A DNA stretch of 64,000 nt from Candidatus Nomurabacteria bacterium (GTDB lineage: Bacteria; Patescibacteriota; Minisyncoccia; Phycocordibacterales; UBA9973): the NCBI GenBank assembly GCA_023267375.1, contig JAHFNJ010000001.1, forward strand, positions 85,878-149,877. The letters are read 5' to 3'. The translations under genes were made by a program, and so were the position numbers. Positions 37,834 to 46,897 of this stretch are shown piece after piece; within the stretch, counting starts at the first letter, position 1; every line of letters begins with the position of its first letter. The notes under the pieces were generated by a model that worked only from the letters and a program-made list of their open reading frames with translations, ran no database searches and was not told the DNA's origin.

Positions 37834-38206
37834 TAAACGATTTCCGACGTCGAATCATCTCTTCGCGTTCTTTACTGTCGCGAATATGAGAAATAGTTTT
37901 CTTCGTCCTATTGTAACGATTTGTTCCGAATAAAAATATAAGGAAACCGATAAAAAGGAGACCTCCGCCAATGAAATTATAGAAAGAGATATCAGAAAAA
38001 TGCATGAGAGTGGCACCAGCAGCAGCAACTGCAAGACCGGTACGAATATATGCCAAAAACGTGGATTCGTTTGCAAGTCGCGTGCGATCAATCGCCAAGT
38101 GATCACGCAAGATAAATTGGTGAGTTAAAAATTCCTTATAAAAATCCTGATCGTCTTTTTCACCAGAGACAAAAAGATGCTTGTAGTAGTTAGTATCGAA
38201 TTTCAT
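37823..38206 (-). CDS. DUF202/YidH-family membrane protein
   Basis: LANESTFLAYIRTGLAV is the DUF202 motif, followed by two TM helices. Confidence 0.6.
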   Translation of the reverse strand: MKFDTNYYKHLFVSGEKDDQDFYKEFLTHQFILRDHLAIDRTRLANESTFLAYIRTGLAVAAAGATLMHFSDISFYNFIGGGLLFIGFLIFLFGTNRYNRTKKTISHIRDSKEREEMIRRRKSFNGV

Positions 38207-38222
38207 AATTAGTCACATTTTA

Positions 38223-39440
38223 TCACGAATCTTTAGATGGTGAATACTTGGCCAAAAATTGCTCTTTGAGTTCTTGGAACGTACCGTCGAGTATCGCCTG
38301 GCGCATATCTGCCACGAGTTTGTTTAAAAAATAGAGATTGTGTGTTGAAGCAAGTGTACCAGCGAGCATTTCCTTACCACGAAACAGATGCGAAATATAC
38401 GCGCGGGTATAGTGCTTACACGTATTGCATTCGCAATCAGCTTCGATCGGGGAAAAATCTTTACGAAATTCCAAGTTCTCGATATGTATCTTTCCAGACT
38501 TCGTATAAATAGTACCGTTGCGTCCTAGGCGCGTTGGTGTTACGCAGTCAAACAAATCAACACCATTTTCTACTCCCATAAATAAATCTTCCGGCTCACC
38601 AATACCGAGCAGGTGCCGAGGTTTTTCTTCAGGCAAGACTTCATTCACCCATTTCACCGCAGTCGACATGTCTTCTTTGGCAAATGATCCACCGATACCA
38701 AAGCCATCAAAATCCATAGCACCAATAATTTCTGCAGACTTCCGGCGAAGCTCTTCTACTCGCCCGCCCTGCACAATGCCAAACAGCGCTTGTGTTTCTG
38801 CGTTTGGTTTTGATTTATGATAGTCCAAGCAACGTTTTGCCCACGCATGCGTGCGATCGAGCGCTTCAGTTTGATACCGTTCATCTTCTACAGGTGAAGT
38901 ACATTCATCAAACGCAAAAATCATGTCAGCGCCCAAGTTGTGCTGAATCTCAATTGATTTCTCGGGAGTAATATAGTGCAGCGACCCATCAAGATGTGAT
39001 TTAAAAGAAACACCGTCATTCCCTATTTTCGCGAGTCGCGGCGCATCGGAATCATCGAAGCGCTCGGGAATCATGAGTGATGGATCAGTAACCTTCAACA
39101 CTTTCGACATATCTTTTCCATACGCCACACCGAGAGAAAAAACTTGATAGCCGCCGGAGTCTGTCATCGTCGGACCATCCCAGTTCATAAATTTTCCCAA
39201 GCCCCCCGCATCGCGAACAATCTCATCACCCGGCTGCAGATAGAGATGGTATGTATTGGCGAGCACCACTTGAGTCTTCGCTTCTTTGATCAGTTCTGGC
39301 GTCAGCGACTTTACTGTTCCTTTTGTGCCAACAGCAACAAACGATGGGGTGAGAATTTTCCCATGTGGTGTTTCAAGTATCCCGACACGGCCAAGCTTGC
39401 CGTCTAACTTTTTTTCGATTGTAAATTTGACTGGTTTCAA
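38223..39440 (-). CDS. tgt: Queuine tRNA-ribosyltransferase (tRNA-guanine transglycosylase)
   Basis: GGYQVFSL, FDCVTPTR.GRNG, and zinc-site cysteines (CECNTCKHYTRAY). The apparent start is a TTG at 39438-39440, with no in-frame ATG near the N-terminus. Confidence 0.8.
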   Translation of the reverse strand: MKPVKFTIEKKLDGKLGRVGILETPHGKILTPSFVAVGTKGTVKSLTPELIKEAKTQVVLANTYHLYLQPGDEIVRDAGGLGKFMNWDGPTMTDSGGYQVFSLGVAYGKDMSKVLKVTDPSLMIPERFDDSDAPRLAKIGNDGVSFKSHLDGSLHYITPEKSIEIQHNLGADMIFAFDECTSPVEDERYQTEALDRTHAWAKRCLDYHKSKPNAETQALFGIVQGGRVEELRRKSAEIIGAMDFDGFGIGGSFAKEDMSTAVKWVNEVLPEEKPRHLLGIGEPEDLFMGVENGVDLFDCVTPTRLGRNGTIYTKSGKIHIENLEFRKDFSPIEADCECNTCKHYTRAYISHLFRGKEMLAGTLASTHNLYFLNKLVADMRQAILDGTFQELKEQFLAKYSPSKDS

Positions 39441-39531
39441 GATTCAAACTATAGCAAATCAATGATTCATTGACAATGTGTAGATATTGTGATAATTTTT
39501 ATAAAATTTCACCTCTTTAATTTTAACCACT

Positions 39532-39837
39532 ATGAAAAGTAAAAAAAGAAAACCTGCGCCGACACGCAGAAGAAAAATTGTTGAAGAAAAACCACAAGAA
39601 AGATTTTTGGGTGAACCTATGTCAGGAGAATCTTTCCTTCTTATTCTTTTTGCTGGATTTCTTTTAGCCGCTACAACTGGCGTCTTTGGTTATATGATAG
39701 GCACTCAAAAAGAAAAAATAAAATATCAAAAACAAAAAGTTGGGGTCATTGTGACCCCTTCTTTTTATTTTAGAGAAAAAGCTATTTTTCAATCTCTACA
39801 AATTTCAGCTGCTGCATATTCACCGGTGAACGCATGA
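39532..39837 (+). CDS. Small basic membrane protein, hypothetical (101 aa)
   Basis: ATG start. A Lys/Arg-rich N-terminus, then one TM helix (FLLILFAGFLLAATTGVFGYMIG). It fills a 340-nt gap. Its 3' end overlaps the convergent mreC by 56 nt. Confidence 0.35.
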   Translation: MKSKKRKPAPTRRRKIVEEKPQERFLGEPMSGESFLLILFAGFLLAATTGVFGYMIGTQKEKIKYQKQKVGVIVTPSFYFREKAIFQSLQISAAAYSPVNA

Positions 39838-40570
39838 GTACTTTCTGTAATGGGTCACGTGGATCAGAAATAATTTCATTCACAATACCAACTAAGTATG
39901 GGTTGATACCAGGAACAATAACCTCTGTCCCCTTCGGGATTTCGACATCGTGCGGAAAGGTCATCTCAAAATTGCCACCGCCGCGACCAGTCGCTTCTGC
40001 GGTAATATTTTTACCAGAAACAGTGACTTCCAATTTTTCGCCTGAAGTTGAAAAGAGTTTAACGACTGAAGAATTCGTATACACTTCAGAAACGGTACCG
40101 ATAAGGACAGTGCCATCAACATAAATTTTCATCCCAGAGGCAATACCGACAGCAGATCCCGCATCAATAATAAGCGTGTCGTAGAGTGAGTGTGGAGGTT
40201 TTGAAATAACAGACGCAATCACAAAATTTGGCTTATCAGCCCGACCCATGAGCGCTTTCAATGATTCGTTATCATCTTTAATGGTCTGATAGTCTGACAT
40301 CTGTATTTTTAATTTTTCATTCTCTGCTTTGAGGGCTTCATTTTCCGCTAAGATTTCACTCTTTGAACGAAGTGCGCCTGACTGAAGCGTTGTTTGATTC
40401 ACCAATGCTGTTTCATTTTTCCAAAAAGGTCTGACAATCGCATGGAATACAGACGCCAATCCTCTCCCTGCGCCAAAATGCCCAGCAATAAATATAAGGG
40501 CGAGCACAACAATAACCACGATAACCGTGATTCTTTTTTTCTTTTCTTGTTTATCGCGGAGGGAGTACAT
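39782..40570 (-). CDS. mreC: Rod shape-determining protein MreC
   Basis: N-terminal TM helix, a coiled-coil region (LKAENEKLKIQMSDYQ), a C-terminal beta-rich domain, and position immediately downstream of mreB, overlapping it. Confidence 0.75.
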   Translation of the reverse strand: MYSLRDKQEKKKRITVIVVIVVLALIFIAGHFGAGRGLASVFHAIVRPFWKNETALVNQTTLQSGALRSKSEILAENEALKAENEKLKIQMSDYQTIKDDNESLKALMGRADKPNFVIASVISKPPHSLYDTLIIDAGSAVGIASGMKIYVDGTVLIGTVSEVYTNSSVVKLFSTSGEKLEVTVSGKNITAEATGRGGGNFEMTFPHDVEIPKGTEVIVPGINPYLVGIVNEIISDPRDPLQKVLMRSPVNMQQLKFVEIEK

Positions 40571-41597
40571 CTTGGGTGTTCACGAGCACTTCACTATAGT
40601 ATGACAAATCTTCAAGTACGATACCGGCACCACGAGCGACAGCAGAGAGCGGATCCTGTGCTACATATACCGGAATCTTAAGCACACTTTGGAGCAACGC
40701 ATCGAGTCCTTGAATGAGCGCTCCACCACCGACCAAAACGATGCCACGATTCATGACGTCTGAAAGAATTTCAGGTGGTGTTGTTTCGAGTACTTCTCGA
40801 ATCCCATCGATAAGATTGTTGATTGATTGCGACATTGCTTCGCGAATATCAGAATCTGTCACAATCACTTCGCGTGGAAGACCAGTAACCAAATCACGGC
40901 CACGAACTTCAGCTTCCATAAATGTCCCAGAAATTACGGCACCAATCGCAATCTTTACACTCTCGGCAGTTTTCTCACCGATCAAAAGTTTAAATTCATC
41001 GCGCAAATAGGAAATGATGTCGTTGTTCAAACGGTCGCCAGCAATTTTCAAATTGTTTGAACGCACAATACCAGAAAGCGAAATCACGGCCACGTCAGTG
41101 GTCCCACCACCAATATCAATAATCATCGAACCAACTGGATCTTTAATCGGTAGTCGAATACCAATAGCTGCAGCCATCGGCTCTTCGATGATGTGCACCT
41201 CGCGGGCACCGGCAGATTTTGCCGCATCGTAGACCGCACGAGTTTCTACGTTTGTAATTCCTGAAGGGACACCGACGACGACACGCGGTCGAAAAAATTT
41301 CTTCGAAATTTTTTCGACTTTACCAATCAAATACGAAAGCATTTCTTCGGTCACTTCAAAGTCCGAAATCACCCCATCAACAATCGGGCGTACAGCTTTA
41401 ATATGTGGAGGTGTACGTCCCAACATTTGCTTCGCTTCGGCGCCGACAGCAACAATCTGTCCGGTTTTTTGATTCACGGCAACAACAGACGGTTCATTGA
41501 TGACAATGCCGTGACCGCGCAAATACACCAAGGTGTTTGCCGTGCCCAAGTCGATGCCGATGTCGTTTGAAAATGATTGGTAGAATTTGTCGAACAT
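40551..41597 (-). CDS. mreB: Rod shape-determining protein MreB (actin homolog)
   Basis: IGIDLGTANTLVY...NEPSVVA phosphate-1 motif. DIGGGTTDVAVIS. VLVGGGALIQG. Confidence 0.9.
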   Translation of the reverse strand: MFDKFYQSFSNDIGIDLGTANTLVYLRGHGIVINEPSVVAVNQKTGQIVAVGAEAKQMLGRTPPHIKAVRPIVDGVISDFEVTEEMLSYLIGKVEKISKKFFRPRVVVGVPSGITNVETRAVYDAAKSAGAREVHIIEEPMAAAIGIRLPIKDPVGSMIIDIGGGTTDVAVISLSGIVRSNNLKIAGDRLNNDIISYLRDEFKLLIGEKTAESVKIAIGAVISGTFMEAEVRGRDLVTGLPREVIVTDSDIREAMSQSINNLIDGIREVLETTPPEILSDVMNRGIVLVGGGALIQGLDALLQSVLKIPVYVAQDPLSAVARGAGIVLEDLSYYSEVLVNTQDVLPPR

Positions 41598-41621
41598 AAA
41601 TAAATACAGGTTTTAGTTTCT

Positions 41622-42884
41622 TTAGCTTTTAGCTTTTAGTAATTTCAGTAATTCGTCTTCTGTAACGATTTTTCCTTTTTCTTCAGTACGTTTTTTCACT
41701 TCATAGCCACCGTCTTTCAAACTACGCTCTGATACCACAACACGATACGGCATTCCCAATAAATCAGCATCGGCAAATTTTTCTCCTGCAGAAACACCGG
41801 TACGATCATCAAAGAGTACTTCAATTCCCTTCTTCACTAAATCAGCATAGAGCTTGTCTGCTGCTTTCTGTGGCTCTTCTTTGTCACCAAGAACCAAGAG
41901 ATGCACATGGAACGGCGCTACTGATTCTGGCCACATAAGCCCATTATCATCGGAAAAAATTTCTGCGAGCACTCCCATAGTTCGACTCACGCCGATACCG
42001 TAACAACCTGAAATAATAGACTTCTTCTCTCCGTGTTCGTCGGTGTAATACACACCGAGTGCATCAGTATACTTACTCTCTAAGGGAAAGATGTTTCCAA
42101 CCTCGATTGCTCGTTTTTCTACGAGCTTTGCTTTATCGAGTCCAAGCTTCGCCAAATTTTCGTCAGTATAAATCTCTTTATTGACTGCAATATTTTTTTC
42201 TTCGTCGACATAAATAGTATCTTCACCGACACCTGAAATTGTTTGGAATTCGTCACTAAACTTTTTGGTAAAGATGCCACCGTCAGCATACGTGCGATAG
42301 GTAATGTGACCAATGCCTAAACGTCGATAGACGCGGTGATATGCTTGTGCGACTTCTTCATAAATCTTCAAGTGTTCCTCTTCAGTACGTGCAAACGAAT
42401 ACATGTCTTTCATCATGAATTCCCTTCCACGCAAAATACCACTCTTCGCACGAAGTTCATTGCGAAACTTATTCTGAATCTGATAGATAGAAACAGGAAG
42501 ATCACGATATGATGAAACATACCCACCAAGCGCATCAACAATCGGCTCTTCATGGGTAAGACCAACACCAACTTCTTCTCCATTTTTTAGTTTTGTTTTA
42601 AACCAGTTGTCGACTTTTTTGTCATCCCATCGGTCAGTCTTTTCCCAAATATCGCGCGGCTGAAGTGTCGTCATGTAGACTTCTTGTCCACCCACTGCAT
42701 TCATTTCTTCACGAATAATTGTTTTAATTTTTTCGATAACACGAAGACCAAGTGGCAAAAACGCATAGACCCCAGCCATTTCCTTATGAATAAAGCCTCC
42801 TTTGATCAAGAGCTCAGCATTCTTCGAAATCTCGTCCGCTGGAGACTCTTTCTTGGTTTTAGTAAACAATTGTGATTGTTTCAT
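41622..42884 (-). CDS. proS: Prolyl-tRNA synthetase, short bacterial-type form without the editing (INS) domain
   Basis: N-terminal KESPADEISKNAELLIKGGFIHKEMAGVYAFLPLGLRV is the ProRS signature. It has class II motifs and a C-terminal anticodon-binding domain. At 420 aa it is far shorter than standard bacterial ProRS. Confidence 0.7.
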   Translation of the reverse strand: MKQSQLFTKTKKESPADEISKNAELLIKGGFIHKEMAGVYAFLPLGLRVIEKIKTIIREEMNAVGGQEVYMTTLQPRDIWEKTDRWDDKKVDNWFKTKLKNGEEVGVGLTHEEPIVDALGGYVSSYRDLPVSIYQIQNKFRNELRAKSGILRGREFMMKDMYSFARTEEEHLKIYEEVAQAYHRVYRRLGIGHITYRTYADGGIFTKKFSDEFQTISGVGEDTIYVDEEKNIAVNKEIYTDENLAKLGLDKAKLVEKRAIEVGNIFPLESKYTDALGVYYTDEHGEKKSIISGCYGIGVSRTMGVLAEIFSDDNGLMWPESVAPFHVHLLVLGDKEEPQKAADKLYADLVKKGIEVLFDDRTGVSAGEKFADADLLGMPYRVVVSERSLKDGGYEVKKRTEEKGKIVTEDELLKLLKAKS

Positions 42885-42950
42885 ATAGTGCCCATACTAC
42901 CTTAAAATGAGTAATAAAAAAAGCCCCGGATTTCCGGGGACTTTTTTATT

Positions 42951-43403
42951 TTAGGACGGCTTTTTTAAGAAGATGTTTCCTTCCACCGGGTAACGGAAAA
43001 TATTCTGAATGTAATAATTCCATTCCCTTCTTCCCACGCTGATAAAAGCTGCTTTAAGAGCCTGTTTCAGCAATTGTGAATCTTCTTTTTTCTTTTTCTT
43101 TCTGATATTTTCCTGGGCGACTGCATACAACCATAAAAGAAGACACCGTTGGAAACGAACCTTATCTTTCTTAGCCACCAGCGCGTATGCAACGATAAGC
43201 CATATATATGCTTCAAATGCATCTATTTTCGGGTGACCATTTTCCACCCGCTCCTTAAGAGAAGCTGTTAGCTTTTTTTCAAACTCCGAAAGGACCTTTT
43301 TGCGTTTAGAGATGGTTTTTGCTTTATGCAAGGCATTGTTAACTATACGCACAGCATCACGCTCGGGTTTTAGCTCGTCGTAATCTTTTTGATTAGTTTT
43401 CAT
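42951..43403 (-). CDS. Hypothetical protein (150 aa)
   Basis: ATG start. Basic, no recognisable domain. Confidence 0.4.
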   Translation of the reverse strand: MKTNQKDYDELKPERDAVRIVNNALHKAKTISKRKKVLSEFEKKLTASLKERVENGHPKIDAFEAYIWLIVAYALVAKKDKVRFQRCLLLWLYAVAQENIRKKKKKEDSQLLKQALKAAFISVGRREWNYYIQNIFRYPVEGNIFLKKPS

Positions 43404-43669
43404 AGTATTTCGTCTTTTAAAGATTTTTTATTATTTTAAAATAATATGGTTTATTGTCAACCCTTCCCAATTCCCCCTTTTTCTGCTATTATCAAGACGT
43501 CTCCGTGAAGGAGCTTTTTTAGTCCCCTCCAAAGGCGGGCAGGGAAAAGCCCTTTGTAAACAGTGCTGCTTTAGGGTAGCCAAGGTCGCCGCAGGCGACC
43601 AAGCTGTAATGCTTAAAAACGGAGGCCATACCTGTCGAGGTATGCATTTAATTAATAAGTATATTTACT

Positions 43670-44383
43670 ATGTCAGAACAAACTAAGGAAGAGGTATTGA
43701 AAACAATGTTTACGGCTGGTGCACACTTTGGGTACTCAAAGACTCGCCGCCACCCGTCAACTGCCGCGTACATTTTCGCGACCAAAAATAAAAATGACAT
43801 TATCGATCTCGAAAAAACAGAAGCGCTTCTCATGAAAGCAGAAGCCTTTGTAAAGGAACTTGCCGCATCTGGCAAAAACCTTCTCTTTGTCGGCGTGAAG
43901 CCAGAAGCAAAGAAAGCTGTTTATGAAGGTGCTTTGCATGTAGACATGCCGTACGTTATTGAACGCTGGGTTGGCGGTGCTATCACCAACTTCCCTGAAA
44001 TCAAGAAGCGTATTGCAAAGCTTGAAGATCTCCGCGACAAAAAAGAAAAAGGCGGTCTTGATATGTACACCAAGAAGGAACGCCTCTTGATTGATGAAGA
44101 TATCGCTCGTATGTCAAAGAATTTCTCTGGTCTCGTATCACTCAAAAAGACCCCAGATGCACTTTTCGTTATCGATCCTAAGCGTGAACACATCGCTGTT
44201 GCTGAGGCAAAGCATGCTGGTATTCCCGTTATCGCTCTCATGAACACCGACTGTAACGTCAAAGGAGTTGAATACCCTATTGTTGCAAACGACGCTTCGA
44301 TCTCATCAATCACCCACTTTGTAAATGCGATTGCAAAAGCATACAAAGACGGCAAAATGGCAGTCCCTGAAAAAGCTGCCTAG
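43670..44383 (+). CDS. rpsB: 30S ribosomal protein S2
   Basis: GAHFGYSKTRRHPSTAAYIFATKNKNDIIDLEKT and PVIALMNTDC. Upstream of tsf, as in the classical operon. Confidence 0.9.
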   Translation: MSEQTKEEVLKTMFTAGAHFGYSKTRRHPSTAAYIFATKNKNDIIDLEKTEALLMKAEAFVKELAASGKNLLFVGVKPEAKKAVYEGALHVDMPYVIERWVGGAITNFPEIKKRIAKLEDLRDKKEKGGLDMYTKKERLLIDEDIARMSKNFSGLVSLKKTPDALFVIDPKREHIAVAEAKHAGIPVIALMNTDCNVKGVEYPIVANDASISSITHFVNAIAKAYKDGKMAVPEKAA

Positions 44384-44456
44384 TTTTGTAGACACAACAA
44401 GTGTTGTGACTTTATAAACTGTTTATTTAACAATTTTAAATTTTTAAACATCATCT

Positions 44457-45239
44457 ATGAACATTACAACTGAAATGATTAAGGAATTGCGTGATTCTAC
44501 TGGCGTCTCAGTCATGCAATGCAAAAAGGCTCTTGAAGAAGCACAGGGCGATATGGAAAAAGCGCTTATGATTCTTCGCAAGAAATCAAGCGAGATCGCA
44601 GCAAAAAAATCTGACCGCGAAACAAACGACGGACTCGTCGCTACCAAGACAGAAGGCGGAAAGACAGTATTGCTCGTACTTAAATGCGAAACTGACTTCG
44701 TAGCAAAAAATGAAGACTTCGTAGCACTCGCAAAGACACTTGCCGACAAAGCAATTGCGGGAGGTAAAGAAGCAGTTGAGCAAGAAGCAGCTGAAATCAT
44801 CAATCCTGTCATTCAGAAAGTAGGTGAAAAAATTGAACTTGGTGAAGTTACGGTGTACGACAATGGTGTCATTGGTACGTATGTACACAATGGTAAGTCT
44901 GGAGTGATGGTATCGCTCAGAGGAGGCACCGAAGAGCTTGCTCGTGATATCGCGATGCACATCGCGGCAATGAAGCCTGTATACCTCGCAAAAAGTGACG
45001 TGCCAGAAGAAATGAAACAGAAAGCAACTGAGCTCTTCTCAAAAGAAGTTGCTGAGAGCAACAAGCCTGAAGAGATCAAGAAAAAAATGCTCGAAGGAAA
45101 AATTGACACTTACTTCAAGGAACAAACACTGCTTGACCAGCCGTTCATTAAAAATCCTGATATGACCATCAGTGCCCTCTTGCAGAAAGCGGGTCAAGAT
45201 GTGAAAATAAACAAGTTCACTCGAGTATCTCTCGCATAG
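44457..45239 (+). CDS. tsf: Elongation factor Ts
   Basis: N-terminal UBA-like region ITTEMIKELRDSTGVSVMQCKKALEEAQGDMEKAL. It sits immediately after rpsB. Confidence 0.85.
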   Translation: MNITTEMIKELRDSTGVSVMQCKKALEEAQGDMEKALMILRKKSSEIAAKKSDRETNDGLVATKTEGGKTVLLVLKCETDFVAKNEDFVALAKTLADKAIAGGKEAVEQEAAEIINPVIQKVGEKIELGEVTVYDNGVIGTYVHNGKSGVMVSLRGGTEELARDIAMHIAAMKPVYLAKSDVPEEMKQKATELFSKEVAESNKPEEIKKKMLEGKIDTYFKEQTLLDQPFIKNPDMTISALLQKAGQDVKINKFTRVSLA

Positions 45240-45251
45240 TACGAAACACGT

Positions 45252-45674
45252 ATGGTTATCCCCCTTATTACATTTTTTGCCAGTCTCCTCATTCTCCTTT
45301 TCATGGTATCCTACCAGTCATGGCGGATGCGTGCAGGCGTGGTAGTGGCAAAAGAAGTATCAGTGCCCGACTTGCTTCACGAGCAAGCAATCAAGCATAT
45401 GAAGACAAATATGCGCCGGTCATTGCAAAAAGGCGTACATTTCGCTATTATGTGGACGCTAAAGGGCTGGGTAGTATTAACCCATTCAGTTTCAAAGAAG
45501 TTCAAACAGTATTTCCCGAAGACCGTCGCCTTCTTTAAGGCCTCACCAAAGACACCGAAAGAAGGTGCGACGGGCTCGTTTTTTCTTCACAGTGTTGCTG
45601 AATACAAGCAGAAAGTAAAGAAGTTTAAGCAGAAGATCCGTGAAGTAGATGATAAGAAGAAGACAAATGTCTAA
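45252..45674 (+). CDS. Hypothetical membrane protein (140 aa)
   Basis: N-terminal TM helix IPLITFFASLLILLFMV and a Lys-rich C-terminus. It lies downstream of tsf. Confidence 0.45.
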   Translation: MVIPLITFFASLLILLFMVSYQSWRMRAGVVVAKEVSVPDLLHEQAIKHMKTNMRRSLQKGVHFAIMWTLKGWVVLTHSVSKKFKQYFPKTVAFFKASPKTPKEGATGSFFLHSVAEYKQKVKKFKQKIREVDDKKKTNV

Positions 45675-45744
45675 ATCTTAATTTCTAATGACTAACAGAA
45701 TTCCTTTAGAAATTAGACATTAGGATTTAGGATTTTGTTTGATT

Positions 45745-45820
45745 GCCGCCTTAGCTCAGTTGGTAGAGCAACGCTTTTGTAAAGCGAAGGTCCTCGGTTC
45801 AAGTCCGAGAGGCGGCTCCA
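45745..45820 (+). tRNA. tRNA-Thr (anticodon UGU), CCA encoded
   Basis: GCCGCCT acceptor, D-arm GCTCAGTTGGTAGAGC, anticodon loop TTTGTAA, T-arm CTCGGTTCAAGTCCGAG, 3' AGGCGGCTCCA. Followed by the A-run/hairpin/T-run terminator at 45821-45849. Confidence 0.85.
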
Positions 45821-46101
45821 GAAAAAATCACACGCAAGTGTGGTTTTTTATTTTAGCCTCTCGGACTTGAACCTGGAAAGGCGATGAGTACATCGTGCCG
45901 GGAGGCGCACTCGGGAAAACGGGAGTTTTCCCGTAGTGGAGGCAGGCGTAGCCGTTGGAACCGCACGGTGAGCTCGGGGTGGGACCCGAGCGCAAGACCT
46001 TTTGAGATTTTTGAGGTTGTAATCAAACGAACAAAATCCAAAAGGTGTACTGAATCTGTAAGATTCCAAAACGGAGTGAGCCTGCGAGCGAGTAGTGAAA
46101 T

Positions 46102-46125
46102 TCCGAGAGGCGGCTCCAGAAAAAA
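46102..46125 (+). repeat. Second copy of the 24-nt tRNA-Thr 3' end (TCCGAGAGGCGGCTCCAGAAAAAA); the first copy is at 45804-45827
   Basis: Exact 24-nt direct repeat, 298 nt apart, bracketing a GC-rich 274-bp segment (45828-46101). The second copy runs straight into a strong terminator. Confidence 0.6.
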
Positions 46126-46156
46126 GAACTTCCCTTGTGGGAAGTTCTTTTTTTTA
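46120..46156. terminator. Bidirectional rho-independent terminator
   Basis: AAAAAAGAACTTCCC-TTGT-GGGAAGTTCTTTTTTTT: a perfect 11-bp stem. It overlaps the stop codon of the minus-strand gene 46154..46888. Confidence 0.75.
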
Positions 46157-46888
46157 AATCTTTGGTTCAGTAGTATCAGCAACAGGTTGTTCGCTTGGCG
46201 AAACAGTTGGAGTAATTTTTGCAGCAGCCTTCTTTTCTTCTTTTGGTAACGTGTCCTTGAGTGCTGGCGCTATCTTTTCAATATCTTCCACACTCTTGAA
46301 ACCACTATAGACTTTGCCGTTGATGACGAGCGCTGGAAGCTCTTTGGGCACCTTATACACTGAAATCAATGCACGAATTGCAGAGAGGTCAAGATCGTAA
46401 TCAAATGAATACACGCGGAGCGCAGGGTATTTATTGCGAAGCTCGGTCAGTGAATAACCTTGCTTTACGCATTCAGTACAGTCATCTGCCGTCGTATAAA
46501 AATAGAGAATGAATGCAAACTTGAGCTTGCAGCGCTCAGCGATTTTTTTAGTGAGCAGATAATCCTTGATTTGAAGGAGTGAGTAATTCTTTTTCAGACT
46601 TGTCAGTTCGTCACTTGAACCGATATTATTCTCGCTATACGTGATCTTGTCTGCAAGCGATCCAAGCTCTCCTGAGAGCACGGAGTTTGTCACATCAGTA
46701 CAGGATTCTTCCTCAAGAAGTGAATTCTCAACTTCTGACGAAAGAATATCTGTCGCGATCTTGTCTTGAATATTCTGCAATTGAGAAAGCTTCTTATTAC
46801 TGAAGTAATTAGAAAGAAGAATCGCCCCAAGGAAAATGGCGAGGGTTATAAAAAACGAAAGAATATATTTTGTCCAATCAATTTTCAT
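46154..46888 (-). CDS. Membrane-anchored protein with a thioredoxin-like CxxC motif (DsbA/thioredoxin-fold candidate)
   Basis: N-terminal TM helix ILSFFITLAIFLGAILL, a coiled/low-complexity linker, then a DCTEC motif in the region YFYTTADDCTECVKQG with thioredoxin-fold-like secondary-structure spacing. Confidence 0.5.
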   Translation of the reverse strand: MKIDWTKYILSFFITLAIFLGAILLSNYFSNKKLSQLQNIQDKIATDILSSEVENSLLEEESCTDVTNSVLSGELGSLADKITYSENNIGSSDELTSLKKNYSLLQIKDYLLTKKIAERCKLKFAFILYFYTTADDCTECVKQGYSLTELRNKYPALRVYSFDYDLDLSAIRALISVYKVPKELPALVINGKVYSGFKSVEDIEKIAPALKDTLPKEEKKAAAKITPTVSPSEQPVADTTEPKI

Positions 46889-46897
46889 ATAGGTTTT

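Noticed and set aside
43404-43669. SRP (4.5S) RNA upstream of rpsB
   Set aside because: It shares AGCCAAGG with E. coli 4.5S RNA. But it lacks the GNRA-tetraloop-capped helix 8 and the conserved symmetric and asymmetric loops. It is more likely an rpsB leader.
45828-46101. Possible tmRNA or RNase P RNA in the GC-rich segment after tRNA-Thr
   Set aside because: The inverted T-arm copy and the CCA-ending tRNA-like 3' end are suggestive. But the segment is only ~270 nt. I could find no tag-peptide reading frame ending in ALAA-stop, no GGAAAGUCCGG / ACAGAACCCGGCUUA RNase P blocks, and no intact T-stem. It is kept as an unexplained structured or att-remnant element rather than called as a named ncRNA.
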